NCBI GenBank assembly: GCA_951406725.2 | Contig: OX597826.1 | Coordinates: 83,762,001 to 83,826,000 of the forward strand | DNA from: Octopus vulgaris | Taxonomy: Eukaryota | Length of the DNA stretch: 64,000 bases | Reading direction: 5' to 3' | Part shown: positions 51,226 through 64,000 of the stretch, piece after piece | Position numbering within the stretch: position 1 is the stretch's first letter | How the letters are laid out: each line of letters opens with the position of its first letter | Translations under genes and position numbers: made by a program | The notes under the pieces: model-generated | Seen by the model: the letters and a program-made list of their open reading frames with translations, nothing else | The model's database searches: none | Told to the model about the DNA's origin: nothing

Positions 51226-54028
51226 TTTGTTATTGTACAAAAAAAAGGTACATTTTGTCTAGAATTTTCTCCTGTGGTTACTCAAATAAATTTATCAAAG
51301 AGCAGCCCATCACCTATTAGTAGTTATGTCCAAACTCTGTTGTTGACCTGTGGTCGTGTTACTTTACGCTAACAATACTTATGCAGAGATTTACAAACCT
51401 TAAATGTCTAGTAATATAAAAATGTCCATGCTATAACTTTGGACAGAACTACACACTGTCATGAGCCAACAAGAAGGCCTCAATATGGGTGTCTGACCTT
51501 CCATGATTAGCAGCCAAATATTCCTCAAATCACACTCTATAGTCTTGCTGCAGTTTTGTGGAATGAATTGGATAAAAGAGATAAACAAATGCTTTAAACA
51601 GAGGTGAGAGAGCAGCAAGGGCAAAATAGTTGCCTATGTGTTGATAGGTTCACAACTATTGCAACCAGTAGCTTTAGGTGTGCAGCATGGGTCACTCAGT
51701 AGCTGGAAATACATCCAGCTACAGAGACTTATTGTTCATGAAAGGATTGTTTTAACAGAAAATAACAAGTGTTAAGAAGCAAAGTCAAATACTGCATATG
51801 AGTGTAAAGAAGTTCCACCATAGCTATTAGTAATCTCGTAAGCTAATGTCATGCTTCACATCCTGCTTTCAAGGTTTCAATCTTTTTTCAGTTCATTCTC
51901 AAAATATAAATGTCACAGATGACAAGCACAATAAGCCTGACACATGTTCAATGTTGAAATATCACTGGACCAATATAAATATGAACTTCTTCACGTGCTG
52001 GGACATGTGTAAGAGTTTAACAGAAGGACAACATTAGACTTATAAAGAAAGTTATTTTTAGCACAAAATGTCAGAGTAGATTGGGTCAAACCTTCCTTCA
52101 ACTGATCATTACAACTAACTTAGATGTTGCAAGCTGATAGTGGTAAAAACTCTATTTCTATAGGTATTGGAGATGTGAATATTTGAAGAAGACATTGCAG
52201 GTGAAAGGTGTCAACCATCTTAATTATCCAAGATAAAATTATTATAACATCAAAAATATTTAGACCATCTTGTATTATATTTGAAGGTATCGACTGGATG
52301 GATATGCAGGATATCAAAATACAAGCTCATGAGGAACAGGTTCAATCCTACTGCAAGTATTATGTTGAGTTCCTGAGGTGTGATACTTCATCTGTGCTTC
52401 AGTTTACCTGATTATTGGGGGATAGGTCTTCTGTGAATGCCAAATTCTGCAATAGACATGATACTTTTCAAGAGAAGATGCATTATACACCTGCAGAAAC
52501 CAAGCAAATCTACAGGTGTAAAGACCAGCTTTTTCAGCTGCTCCTTATTCTGGAAATATTTATAACTTCATATATTTAATAGGGCTGCCAAGGTTAGCAG
52601 GAAAAATGACTAGGGTACTGGACAACCAGTGAAATAAGGAGCACCAGTTCCCATCCTATCAAAATGGAACTGATTTAACTATAAATAAATAGATAAAAGT
52701 ATGAGTTTTAGGTTTTTTGGCAGGTTTTGTGCCAGTATCAAAATCTATGCACAAAAAGAAGCACAGAATGATAAAAATGATTACAAGATTGCAATGTCCA
52801 ATTTACATGTGATAGACCAGCAACCTATCCAGAGAAACACTCACTTCCCATTCAGTATATGGCAAAGTACAATGCCTGTGACAATAACTGTTAAGAAGTA
52901 GGCCTCTATGTAGCTGCTTGACCATCGAGAAGAAGTAACAGACAAATCACCCTCAAATCACAGCCTACCATCTTAGAAAAAGAGAGATGCACTGAATAAT
53001 GTAGTGCTAAATAACCGAAGCTGATTGTGATGATTATGGTTTAATCATATATTCACATGATCGATGATGAGTTGGGCTTAAACAATACTAACTAGAACTA
53101 TTATAAAAACTACTATTTCTAGTACAACTACTAATACCAATGCACGAATAATTGTTACTATTATCACTGAATGCATGAGAGAGTGTGTGGAGGGAGGTCG
53201 TAATGTCTTGTTATTTCTCGTTTGTGACAATGATTGTGACAGTGATGATGATGATGATGATGCGCAGGTAGCTTAACAGAATATCAAGTAGTTTGTATTT
53301 GACAAAACACACATGGTTTGACATAAGCAAGCAGAAAAGGAGGGGAATGACAATAAAAAACAAAATTAACAACAACAAAAACACACACCCTACTATCCCC
53401 CCACACACACACACACACAAAAACTAATAAAAAAAAACAGGTAAGATACACCAACTCTGTTTCAAATCGTACAGAAGGACTGCACCAATGCCTGAAGAAG
53501 ACACACACATAGAGTGAGTGAGTGAGTGATTAGCACATGCATAGTGCTTGAGCAGTTATTATCTGCACAGTTAATCTATTTAGTTGTCTTATTCCAATAT
53601 TGGGAGGCAGTGGAGCACTGAAGGAGAAATAATTGCTTCAATACAATCGTTTACATTAAGTGCTTAATGCTTACCTACATCAGTGAGTATGTATGCATCA
53701 GTGTTTTTGTGTGTGTGCATGCACTGAGTATAACATGGTTTCTTGGAGGGAAAAATATGTGCACACACTATTACAAACATGTATGTATATATCTAAAAGT
53801 AATTTTGTTATGCACATGAGCATGTAAATGATATATATCATCATCATCACCATCATTATTTAATGTCTGTTTTCCATGCCAGCATGGGTCGGACGGTTTG
53901 ACAAGAGCTGGCAAGGCCAGCAGCAACAACAGGTTCCAATTGTCTGCCTGTATGCATGTATGTATGTATGTATGTATGTATGTATGTATGTATGTATGTA
54001 TGTATGTATGTATGTATGTATGTATGTA

Positions 54029-54063
<35 letters not shown>

Positions 54064-54468
54064 AGGTATGAATGTGTGTGTATGTATATGTATGCGTATG
54101 TATGTGTGTGTTCATGTCCATATGTATGTGTGTGTGTGCGTGCATATGTGTGTGCATGTGTGTGTGCATATGTGTGTGTGCATATATGTATGTGTGCATT
54201 TGTATGTGTGTGTGTGTGCGTGTGTGTGTGTGTATGTGTGTGTACGTATATATGTGTGTACATATTTATGTGTGTGTACGTATGTATGTGTGTATGTATG
54301 TGTTTAAGTATGCATGTGTGTGTGTGTGTGCATCATTCAGTGAAAGCAAGAAAGACACACAGAAAAGAACATTACTTACTCACACACACACAGAGACACA
54401 CCTCCACCCACACACACACACACACACAGTCCTAGAATTGGGAAGCCAGGAAAGCAAAGCAACGTTAC

Positions 54469-55771
54469 CTGCATAGCTTTTACGTGGTTTCATCCTCTCT
54501 GTAATCTTAACCTCGATGATCAGGTTAGTGTGAGACATCTGGTAATGTTTGGCTTCATCCAAGAAGTCCCGACACTCAAAACTTTTCTTTAAAAGGTCCT
54601 CAGTTTCAACACAATCCATAAGGTAACTCACCGGTATAAGGGGCAGTTTGACATGTGCAAGCAGTTTTGGCAAATAACAACGCCGTTTCATTAAGTCTTG
54701 TTTAACCCATTTCATTACACCCTCATAAACACGAATTTCAGAAGGTACATTAAGGTTCGGTGAACTGACAATGATATCGATGACTTTGTATGGCATGTTG
54801 CAGAACTCCTCTTGGTCAACTACCTCAAGGAAATGTTCCAATATGTATTCATCTGTTACTTTGACCAATTCTGTACAGCCATGCTGCTCAGCAAAGTTTC
54901 TGACACCGACACAATTTGTTGGATGCAAATGGTTCTGCATAAATTTGCAGCAGGCTTGTGCAACTGTTTCCATTTGCAAAATGGAAGATGCATATAGAAG
55001 TTGTTGTACATTGTCCACAGTGAGTGTAACTTTAGAGGTGTATGCAAATGTTATGAGGGCTTGAAGACAATGCTCATCTAGATCGTGTATCGTCAGGACA
55101 CCCTGCTTGCTCTCTGCCATGTCTGATGTAAACATACCTTTGAAATAGTTACTGACACATGCAAGAACAACCCGATGGCACCATATCGACTTCTTGCCAA
55201 CTCGAATCTCCAAGTCACATAATATCTTTCGATTGTAGAAATCCAAAAGAGCCTTGAAGCCCTCCTGGCAGTGGTTTGAAGCCTCGAATACGATTTCAGA
55301 AGCTTCATTGGAACTTTTGGAATCGATTGATGCTGACGATGAAGATGATACTGATGTTTGTGGGTTTGTAGACATTTTGGTGGCAGCAGAGACTGAAGAA
55401 CTACAGCTAGTTGTAGTGAGTGTAGAGATGGTGGTGGTGGTGCTGGTGGTGGTGGTAGTGGTGGTACTTGTTGTGATAGCACTGCTTGGTGTACTGTTGT
55501 TGATACTGATGCAGATACTGCTGCTGATGCTGACGTTGTTATTACTGCTGCTGTTGCTACTGGTATTGTTGCTGCTACTACTGCTGCTACTACAGCTGCT
55601 GGCAGTGCAGCCACTGGAAATGGTCACAGCTGAAGTAGTTGGCTGGGTAACTGGCCACACACAGGGACGACTTGATAAATAATTTTTTCGATTCGGCACG
55701 GGTGGTATTGGAGGCACTTTTGGTGCTGGCAAGCTATCCTTCCGTCTTGGAAGCGGAGGCACCTCAGACAT
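54469..55771 (-). CDS. KLHL8: Kelch-like protein 8, first coding exon (Pro-rich and Ser/Thr low-complexity N-terminus, BTB and BACK domains)
   Basis: ORF contains BTB (LCDLEIRVGKKSIWCHRVVLACVSNYFKGMFTSDMAES) and BACK (NCVGVRNFAEQHGC...SEIRVYEGVMKWVK) motifs. In-frame TAG lies 5 codons upstream of the ATG. Pyrimidine-rich acceptor ...tttttag at 55836-55835. Donor GCAG|GTAACG at 54469/54468 (phase 1). Confidence 0.93.
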
Positions 55772-56142
55772 GCTAAAGAAATTCTAAAGAATCAAATGAC
55801 GTCAGAAGAGTGGATCAAGCTCCAAGCCAGAAGCCTAAAAATAGAAACAAGAAAAGAGACGCATTAATAATATAACCAAAATGTAGAATTTTAGAAGGAA
55901 GTTAAGCAACAAAAGTATAGAACTATAAAGTTTATAAAGCTATAATTAATAAGATCAGTGACGAAGTTCTAGAACTGGAGCAGGACTAAAGATTCTGAAG
56001 TGTTTAGTTATGTCCCTTTACCTTCTGAGTTCATCTGTTGTCTGAGTCAACTTTGCTTCTCTGGTGTTGATAAAATAATGTAGTAGATGAAATAAAGCAT
56101 TTAAATACTCAATAAATTGTCAATTATTAAGCTGCTTCTTTT

Positions 56143-56365
56143 CTACTCTATGCTCAAGGCCCTGCCCCCCCCCCCCATTTTGGGGGTGGGGGGGGGCCAG
56201 TCAATTACATCAACCTCAGTACGCAACTGTACCTAATTTATCAATCCTGAAAGGATGAAAGGCAAAGTTGACCTCGGCAGAATTTGAACTCAGAATGTAA
56301 AGACAGATGAAATACGACTAAGCATTTTGCCCAGCATGCTAATGTTTCTACCAGCTCGCTGCTTA
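56143..56365 (-). mobile_element. Meta-like SINE
   Basis: aaaggatgaaaggcaaagttgacctcggcagaatttgaactcagaa...ccagctcgctgc. Confidence 0.78.
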
Positions 56366-59334
56366 GTACAAAGGAACTTCTACATCAATAACAAGAAACT
56401 TCTTGCCTGTGAGAGTAAAATTTTTCTATCTGCATTCAAATTCGAAACAGTCGACTGATGAAAACTCTAAATTCATGGAAAATACTTTAAACCTTAAATC
56501 ATTTTAATATGTGACCTACTTATGCATTTGTGAAATCTGAACTTCATAATTTTTCTCAACATAGATACACCCTCATAGCTTTTTATGCACTTGCAATTCA
56601 CTTCTGGTACTTAAAATAGCTCTCCATTTGTACTAGATAAAGCAACCAAATCTTTCTTGAAACATCCTCTAACTTCTTAAAAAACAGCAGTGTAGTCAGT
56701 CCTAGATACACTATATATGAACAAAAGACAGCATGGTCACAGATCAGTTTTGATCATGCCTGCTCAATCAGGGTTGACCTACTAGAATTAGTAACCAAAT
56801 CTCCATCAAATTATACTTTACCATCTTAGAAAAAGGTACATATAGATAATATTATCCAAGATACACACTTCTAGTAAATTGCCTATGCTCACAGTTTTGC
56901 TCAATCATAGCCAGACTGGGGCTCAAAAACAACAGGTATCAGTTTATCTCAAAAGAAATAGACAGCATTATTGTTTAACCCCATACCAGCCATGATCACA
57001 CTATTTTTTTTCTTTCTAAGTATAGGGTGCTTTGTAACAAATGTATCTCTTTTAAAGATAGTAGAGCATGGTTTGAAATAGTTTAACTGTTATTTCTAAC
57101 AGGTCAAGAAACCATGTAGTAACTCTTTTGTTAGCTCAAACAGTTAATATTTTAGATGCAGATTATTTGAAACAGATCCAAATTTCAAACCAAACCTTAA
57201 ACCTTCTTGTGATCTATGGTACAGAGATAATAAATTAAACATTTGGGATTGACTCACAACCCTAGCTCATCGGGTATGTCATGCAAATTGTATATTTAGC
57301 ACTAATCTCTTCAACAACACTGAATAGATTTAACAAAGTCAACACTCAGAAATGTGAGATTCTTCACTTCACATGGCAATTAAACTTATCAAATGCTTCC
57401 ACAAACTATCCCAAGAACTGATTGTTGCTGACACAGACCATCACAAGCTTTCTGTTTCCAGACCTTACCCTTTTAATGCCAAAGTGCTTATAGACTATCC
57501 TAAACTCATTAGAGCCAAGCATTGTAAAGTATTCATGAAGAAATCCTGTCTTCCAAATTAGGTAAATATAATTCTTTACATTTTATTTTTTAATAGTAAA
57601 ATGTAAAGAAAAAGTAATAAAACTTTTCTCAGACCAATTTCCTTACCAGTACCTAACACATGTAGAAACCATTTTCCACACATGTCTCTACAAAAGATTA
57701 GACATAAACACCTACACGTACTTACAGGTATTAAAAAGCAAAGACTCTCTAATTAGAATAGCCCTGCAGGCATGTTCCAGTGTTCCAGTTATGTAAGATG
57801 TCATTACCCTGATTTCAACCAATAACTAGGACATACAGTAACTCTGGCTATTCAAATTCTTCAAATTCCAGATGTCTATTAACTCAGCTCCAAAGTGCTG
57901 CTAATCTTATGAACTCATTTGCAATATGGAAAGGAATAAATTCCATTGCATAAACTGTTTTTCCAGTTATGTCAATCTTCATAAAAATACATTCCTTCAC
58001 AAACAGTTCATAAACTTTTATTATTCAGTTTTGTTGCTGTTGTTCAGATTTAGGACAGCCCTGATCCAACTGACCTATAATCAAGGATATTCCAACCATG
58101 AGCATCCCCACTTTTTCCTTAGAATACTGGACATAGGAAGTCAAGTGCTGCTGTATACAACATCTGCTTTCTTCTAAGGTGTTAGGGTATGATGTGGAAA
58201 AGTCTATGCTGATATTTCTAACATATGCCAAGCTCCTTTGTTGGTTAGTAGTGTAGTATAGCATCTGGTTCATTCTATAGCAATTATCCACATGAATTGT
58301 TACTGTTGTTTAGTCTCATATCAACCCTCACCCAGAATAGCTATCAAAGGTGTGAGGGGTTTATTTCCTTTATATTTTAAACAAATACTATATATTTAGG
58401 ACTATATTGTCCAATATGTCCTTTTTTAAGATGGTAGGATGTTATTTGAGGGAGATTTAGCAGTTATTTTCTAGCAAGTTAAGCAACAATGTAGCAACTT
58501 TCTTACATTGTACATTTCGGTGGCAACTGGAACAGAGAGTCACCAATAATGAAAATTTAATGATCAGCGCAACCAGGCATGTAAACCATTGGAAATAAAA
58601 GAGAGAATCTCTATGTGATTGCTTCATCTTCTAGGAATGGTCGGCAAATCTTCCAATTAAAAACTAGTTTTAAAAATTAAAGGTAATTTATGTCTGAAGA
58701 AATTTTAGAGAATGGTCATGACTGATGGAACACCTTTGATCACAAGTCTGCTAAGCTAAAGTTGACTTTGAGAACAATACCATATTTAAAAAACAAAAAC
58801 AACCAGAATCAACATAGATCAAGATGTTGATGTACCAAATGAAGTAATAGAGAAACATTTAAATTGAAATTCCCTTTCTTATTGGACAAAGGAAAGACAA
58901 TTGTTGTGACTCACAAAGAAAAGGAGGAAATAATTTCAAGAAATTAAGAATTAATTTTTTTTTAAATTTAATTTTTATGCTTAAGAGAAAATCTGATTTT
59001 TGTTCACCAGAATGGTGACATCAACAGGCCATTTCATTGAGCAGCATGATTAAGTAAATAGAGTTTCAGACAAACTTTCAAGTTGTCTGAAACCTTTTCA
59101 CACACACACACACACACACACATACATACACAATTCAATTCACTTGATTAAGTGAGGGTGAAGAAGGAGTAGTGGTGACAGGAACGATAGAGTATGTACA
59201 GCCAGTGTCTGTACCGGTAATTACACACACACATCCACACTAAACACCATTCACTTTGACATGAGAAATCAAAAACACCTTAAGCAGTTTTATAATTACA
59301 TGCAATTACAATAATCTTTTATTGTCAACCAACA

Positions 59335-59379
<45 letters not shown>

Positions 59380-59589
59380 CTCAGGGCAATTTAAATATGA
59401 AGGACAGTTTTAAGCATTTAAATTTAGAACAATGAACTATATTCTAGGTCTCAAAAATGACATTACCCATCTTTCTCTTTCACACACACACACACATTAG
59501 TTCTTTGTTTCAATCTTAAATTCCTTTATCTATTTTCCAAATCTTCCATCACATGATGTCAACTTCAATAATAATAACAATAATAATTA

Positions 59590-59797
59590 TTTCAAATTTT
59601 TGCCACAAGGGCAGCTCAAGGGAGGTAGGGATGAGTCAATTACATTGACCCCAGTGTTCAACTGGTACTTATTTTATCGACCCTAAAAAGATGAAAGACA
59701 AAGTCAACCTCAGCGGAATTTGAACTCAGAACGTAGTGGCAGACGAAATACCGCTAAGCATTTCGCCCAGCATGCTAACATTTCTGCCAACTTGCTG
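59590..59797 (-). mobile_element. Meta-like SINE
   Basis: Same family, adjacent to (AAT)n. Confidence 0.8.
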
Positions 59798-60284
59798 CAG
59801 GACTAATAACAATGATAATAATAGCAACATCAATATAGGTGGTAGAGAGCTAGTTGATTACATAGACCCCACTTAGGCTGAAAAACAAAGTTAACCAATG
59901 CAGGGCTTGAACTTATTTGCTGGTGCCATGTGAAAAACACTTGTGCTGATACCATGTGAAAAAAAAGGAGCCATGCTGGTGCCATATAAAAATCACCCAG
60001 TACATTCTGTAAAGTGGTTGGTGTTAGGAAGAGCATCCAATTATAGAAACCAGTCCAGAACAGACTGGAACCTGGTCAAGCTCTTCAGCTTGTTGACTGG
60101 TCAAACCATTCAACCCATGCCAGCAGGGAAAATGAATGTTAAATGATGATGATGAATTTAAAATGCCACAACTAAATATCACAAGGTAATGTATCTAACA
60201 ATAAAAAATGAAAGTAATGTCTTTTGGCTAAGTGCAAAACTAGGTTGTTTATTTTGTTTTGTTTTACTAGTGGTTGATCATAGC

Positions 60285-60353
<69 letters not shown>

Positions 60354-60487
60354 CAGTATATAATACTGATAGTTATTTGAGCTCAGTCTAGTTGGATGAA
60401 ACTAAATACTGTAATGAAGGCCTTACTGTTTTCCCTAATTAGGTTAGTATTGGACACATAGAGAGAGAGAGAGAGAGAGAGAGGCAG

Positions 60488-60518
<31 letters not shown>

Positions 60519-60533
60519 TACATACACACATAC

Positions 60534-60802
60534 AGTTGTGATACCTGTTCCGGTGGCACGTAAAAAGCACCATCTGAACGTGGCCGATGCCAGCGCTGCC
60601 TTGACTGGCTTCTGTGCCAGTGGCACGTAAAAAGGACCCACTACACTCACGGAGTGGTTGGTGTTAGGAAGGGCATCCAGCTGTAGAAACACTGCCAGAT
60701 CAGACTGTAGCCTGGTGCAGCCTCCTGGCTTCCCAGAGCTCGGTCGAACCGTCCAACCCGTGCTAGCACAGAAAACGGACGTTGAACGATGATGATGATG
60801 AT
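60534..60802 (+). mobile_element. RTE LINE 3' UTR fragment
   Basis: ggtggcacgtaaaaagcacc...ggaagggcatccagctg...aacggacgttgaacgatgatgat. Confidence 0.8.
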
Positions 60803-61219
60803 ACACACACACATGCACAGATATAGATATATATGAAGCATGATTAATTCATGATCAGAGTTGTTCAAAAAACCGAGGTTCCACTATATATATATATATA
60901 TATATATATAGAAAGACAGAGAGAGAGACAGATAGACAGAAAGAATTACAAATGTAACTTTAGTCAGAGTAAGTTAGAAATCCTATCAAATTTCAAGATA
61001 GTTTTACAATAGAATATAAATGGTTTGTGGCAAGACATTTCAAGATGAAATGATATTCCAAAGAAATTTTAATGTCTAAAAGTCACATGAAGAATATAAA
61101 TATTGGATCACTTTATAGATAATAGTACGGAATGGACTGCATTTATCTCCAAATATAGAACTGATGCTTTGACTGACATTCACACTGTTCACCTTCAACC
61201 AACACTCTTTACCTTCAAA

Positions 61220-61265
<46 letters not shown>

Positions 61266-62516
61266 CCAGACTCACATAGTTTTGAAATTGAAATTTTTCA
61301 TCATTTTATGAGAAAACAATTTTTAGAAAAACAAAAACACCCAGCAAAGGAACTGGAGACAAAGCAAAAAGAAATAATAAATTGTGCTAGGAAAGGTCAA
61401 CTTTGCAAGTGGCTTTAGTTGGAGAAGTAATTTACTGAGTGGATGCTTAGAAATCATGGTGGAAAATGTGAAAACTTGTGGAACCACCTGAATCTATGTG
61501 CAAAAAAAATGAAAGAAAGCTGAAATTTTTGATTTTAAAGCAAATGTCAGATTATGCACAAGCTTTGCAAGACAGTATATCTTAAAAGTTTGGTAGAGGA
61601 CAAAGTGAACATAAGACCTACAAGATTACATTTACTTAGTACTATGTGTGTTTTGATGCATATATTGGACAATTATTGGTAGTACTAGTGTGTAATTTTA
61701 CTTATTTTTGTCCTTTATTCCTTTAAGAAATCATTTGGAGTTTTGCTACTAGTAGAATATTAAATTGTACCTTGACTGGAGAAAATGTTTGCCAACATAA
61801 TATGGCAGTCGTGGTTTAGGACGAATGTTGCTGCAATTTAGACCTAGGAGACATCGTCTCCAGCTGGCTATACGACATGATCTGTATCCTTATATTTTCA
61901 AACAAGGGAATCTAGCACCTTGACTGTCATCCCCTTACAAATAACATTCATACTAATAATTGAGCCCTTATAATTTAGCCTTTCAAATTTTACATAAACA
62001 TATGCAGTTTCATTGTTTTACAGATTTGAATCATTACACCGTAGCCATGCAGGGGCATTGGTTTCAAGGGTTTAGCAAACCATATCAATTCCTGTACTTA
62101 ATTCAGTCCCTTTATCAAACTGCCAACTTATGTGACCAAGCGATGCAACACAAACACATTACACATACAGATTTTGCGCATGGTATTTGGTCTACCAAAA
62201 GCTAGATATTCCTAAGGGGCCAAATAATGAGATCAAAGTTGGAATCACATTGTTTCAAAGTGAATTTCTCAACAACACAGCTATGCCTGCTGCATACACC
62301 TAAATATATTATATGGGGGGGCGGTGAAGTGGGGGAAGAGACGAAGAACAGACTCAGAAGCCATAAACAATTGTTCAAACAAAATGATACTTGTGAAGAT
62401 ATCTCTCTCTTTCTCTCCCTCTCTCTCTCTCTTCACACACTGCCACCAAACGATAGTTCCACTTTCTTCTAGAACCTCCCAACATTCCCTAACTTTCTAT
62501 TTTCAGTAATCACAAC

Positions 62517-62951
62517 TATTTACATATATACATATACACATATATACATATATACATACACATACACATATACATATACATACATGTATATACATATACA
62601 TTCATGTATATACATATATATACATATACATACATGTATATACATATATATACATATACATACATGTATATACATATATATATACACATATACATATACA
62701 TACATGTATATACATATACATTCATGTATATACATATACATACATGTATATACATATATATACATATACATACATATACATACATGTATATACATATATA
62801 TACATATACATACATATACATACATGTATATACATATATATACATATACATACATATATATACACATACACACATGTATATACATATACATAAATGTATA
62901 TACATATATATACATATACATAGATACATATACATACATGCACATACATAT

Positions 62952-63001
<50 letters not shown>

Positions 63002-63013
63002 GCACATACATAT

Positions 63014-63044
<31 letters not shown>

Positions 63045-63052
63045 TATATATA
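62517..63052. repeat. Compound AT/AC minisatellite with a recurring ~30-bp unit (tacatgtatatacatatatatacatataca)
   Basis: Read directly. Confidence 0.9.
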
Positions 63053-63262
63053 CTTTATTTAAAGCAGCAGAAAATTCAACAAAACCTGTTACTCTGAGTT
63101 TCCCGTTGCTAGCAAGCAAAAACTGTCCGATGAACGGCAACAGGAAACTCAGAGTAACAGGTTTTGTTGAATTTTCTGCTGCTTTAAATAAAGCATATTA
63201 CTCTACCACTGGTATTTGAGTACTCTTTTTTCCACCTTGTTTCACATTTATGTGTTTACTCT

Positions 63263-63264
<2 letters not shown>
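63053..63264 (+). mobile_element. Penelope-like non-autonomous insertion: 57-bp inverted repeat, hammerhead motif and 71-nt 3' extension, inside (TA)n
   Basis: 63053-63109 pairs with 63137-63193 (1 mismatch). Core ctgt-CCGATGA-acggcaacag-GAAActc-a-gagTA-acag at 63123-63160. Confidence 0.72.
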
Positions 63265-63298
<34 letters not shown>

Positions 63299-63333
63299 CA
63301 TGTAGATATATACCTACATGTACATATATACAT

Positions 63334-63365
<32 letters not shown>

Positions 63366-63464
63366 ATAATAAATGTTAGGGAATAAATCCATACATACAC
63401 ATAAATATATATACATGCATATACAGACATATACACACATACACATGCACACACACATATACAT

Positions 63465-63545
<81 letters not shown>

Positions 63546-64000
63546 CATACATACATACACATATGCATGTATGTACGTACCTACATACATATGTATGTAT
63601 GTATGTATCTATCTATCTATACGCAGAGAAAATGAAATACAACCAATGTGTTGTGCATTTTGCTTATCAAGTCTGTAAAATAAGTTGGGTGAAAAATACT
63701 CTTCACCAAAAAAGTAAAGAAAAACTAAAAAAATGTAAGGTTTCTTCATCAGGCAGATGAGGAATTATCTAACAATTTTGGAGGCAGGGCAGAATTGGAA
63801 TGCTGAGTACCGCTACCACAAACATCATAACCACATTACGCTTCTAAAATTACCACCAACCCCACCATCATCAACCCTATACATGTCATATCATACACCA
63901 CACAACAACCACCACCCTCATACTCATTAAGTCATAGCAACACTGGAGTTTCTATGAGATTTCCCATCTGCTAGAAAGAGCAACTAAACCTCCATCAAAT

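Noticed and set aside
52030-52600. Possible decayed LINE RT fragments (also 36310-36900 and 49880-50130)
   Set aside because: Only faint motif resemblance; not supportable without a protein search.
54380-54468. C-terminal tail of the 463-aa ORF (NVALLSW...CVSVCV)
   Set aside because: Read-through into the intron past the GT donor at 54468.
56405-56462. GAAACAGTC followed by CTGATGA
   Set aside because: Both half-cores are present but no consistent stem I can be drawn.
62516-63678. Many YI/CV/HT-rich ORFs here and throughout the window (e.g. 1515-2142, 29189-29582, 53771-54476)
   Set aside because: Translations of di-, tri- and tetranucleotide microsatellites.

Overview
AT-rich, microsatellite- and repeat-dense eukaryotic DNA. 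The SINE/RTE repertoire and low-complexity protein sequence point to an octopus (coleoid cephalopod); this assignment is an inference. The only recognisable host gene is a kelch-like 8 (KLHL8) orthologue on the minus strand. Five coding exons (55771-54469, 30757-30614, 28347-28236, 27855-27687, 23270-23111) join in frame via GT-AG introns. The last kelch repeats and the stop codon are missing and probably fall in the 100-N gap at 22834-22933. The rest is SINEs, RTE and R4-type LINE fragments, hAT and mariner MITEs, a maT/Tc1-mariner relic, Helitron-like elements and simple repeats. The most notable signal is five non-coding insertions from four largely unrelated sequence families that share one architecture: a minimal type-I hammerhead ribozyme motif, an inverted copy of the element's 3' part, and a 3' extension present on one arm only. 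This is the signature of Penelope-like retrotransposition. One family also carries a tRNA-derived Pol III head, making it a candidate hammerhead-bearing, Penelope-mobilised SINE. One insertion of it is a head-to-head dimer flanked by a 14-bp target-site duplication. All assignments were read by eye; no searches or folding were run.
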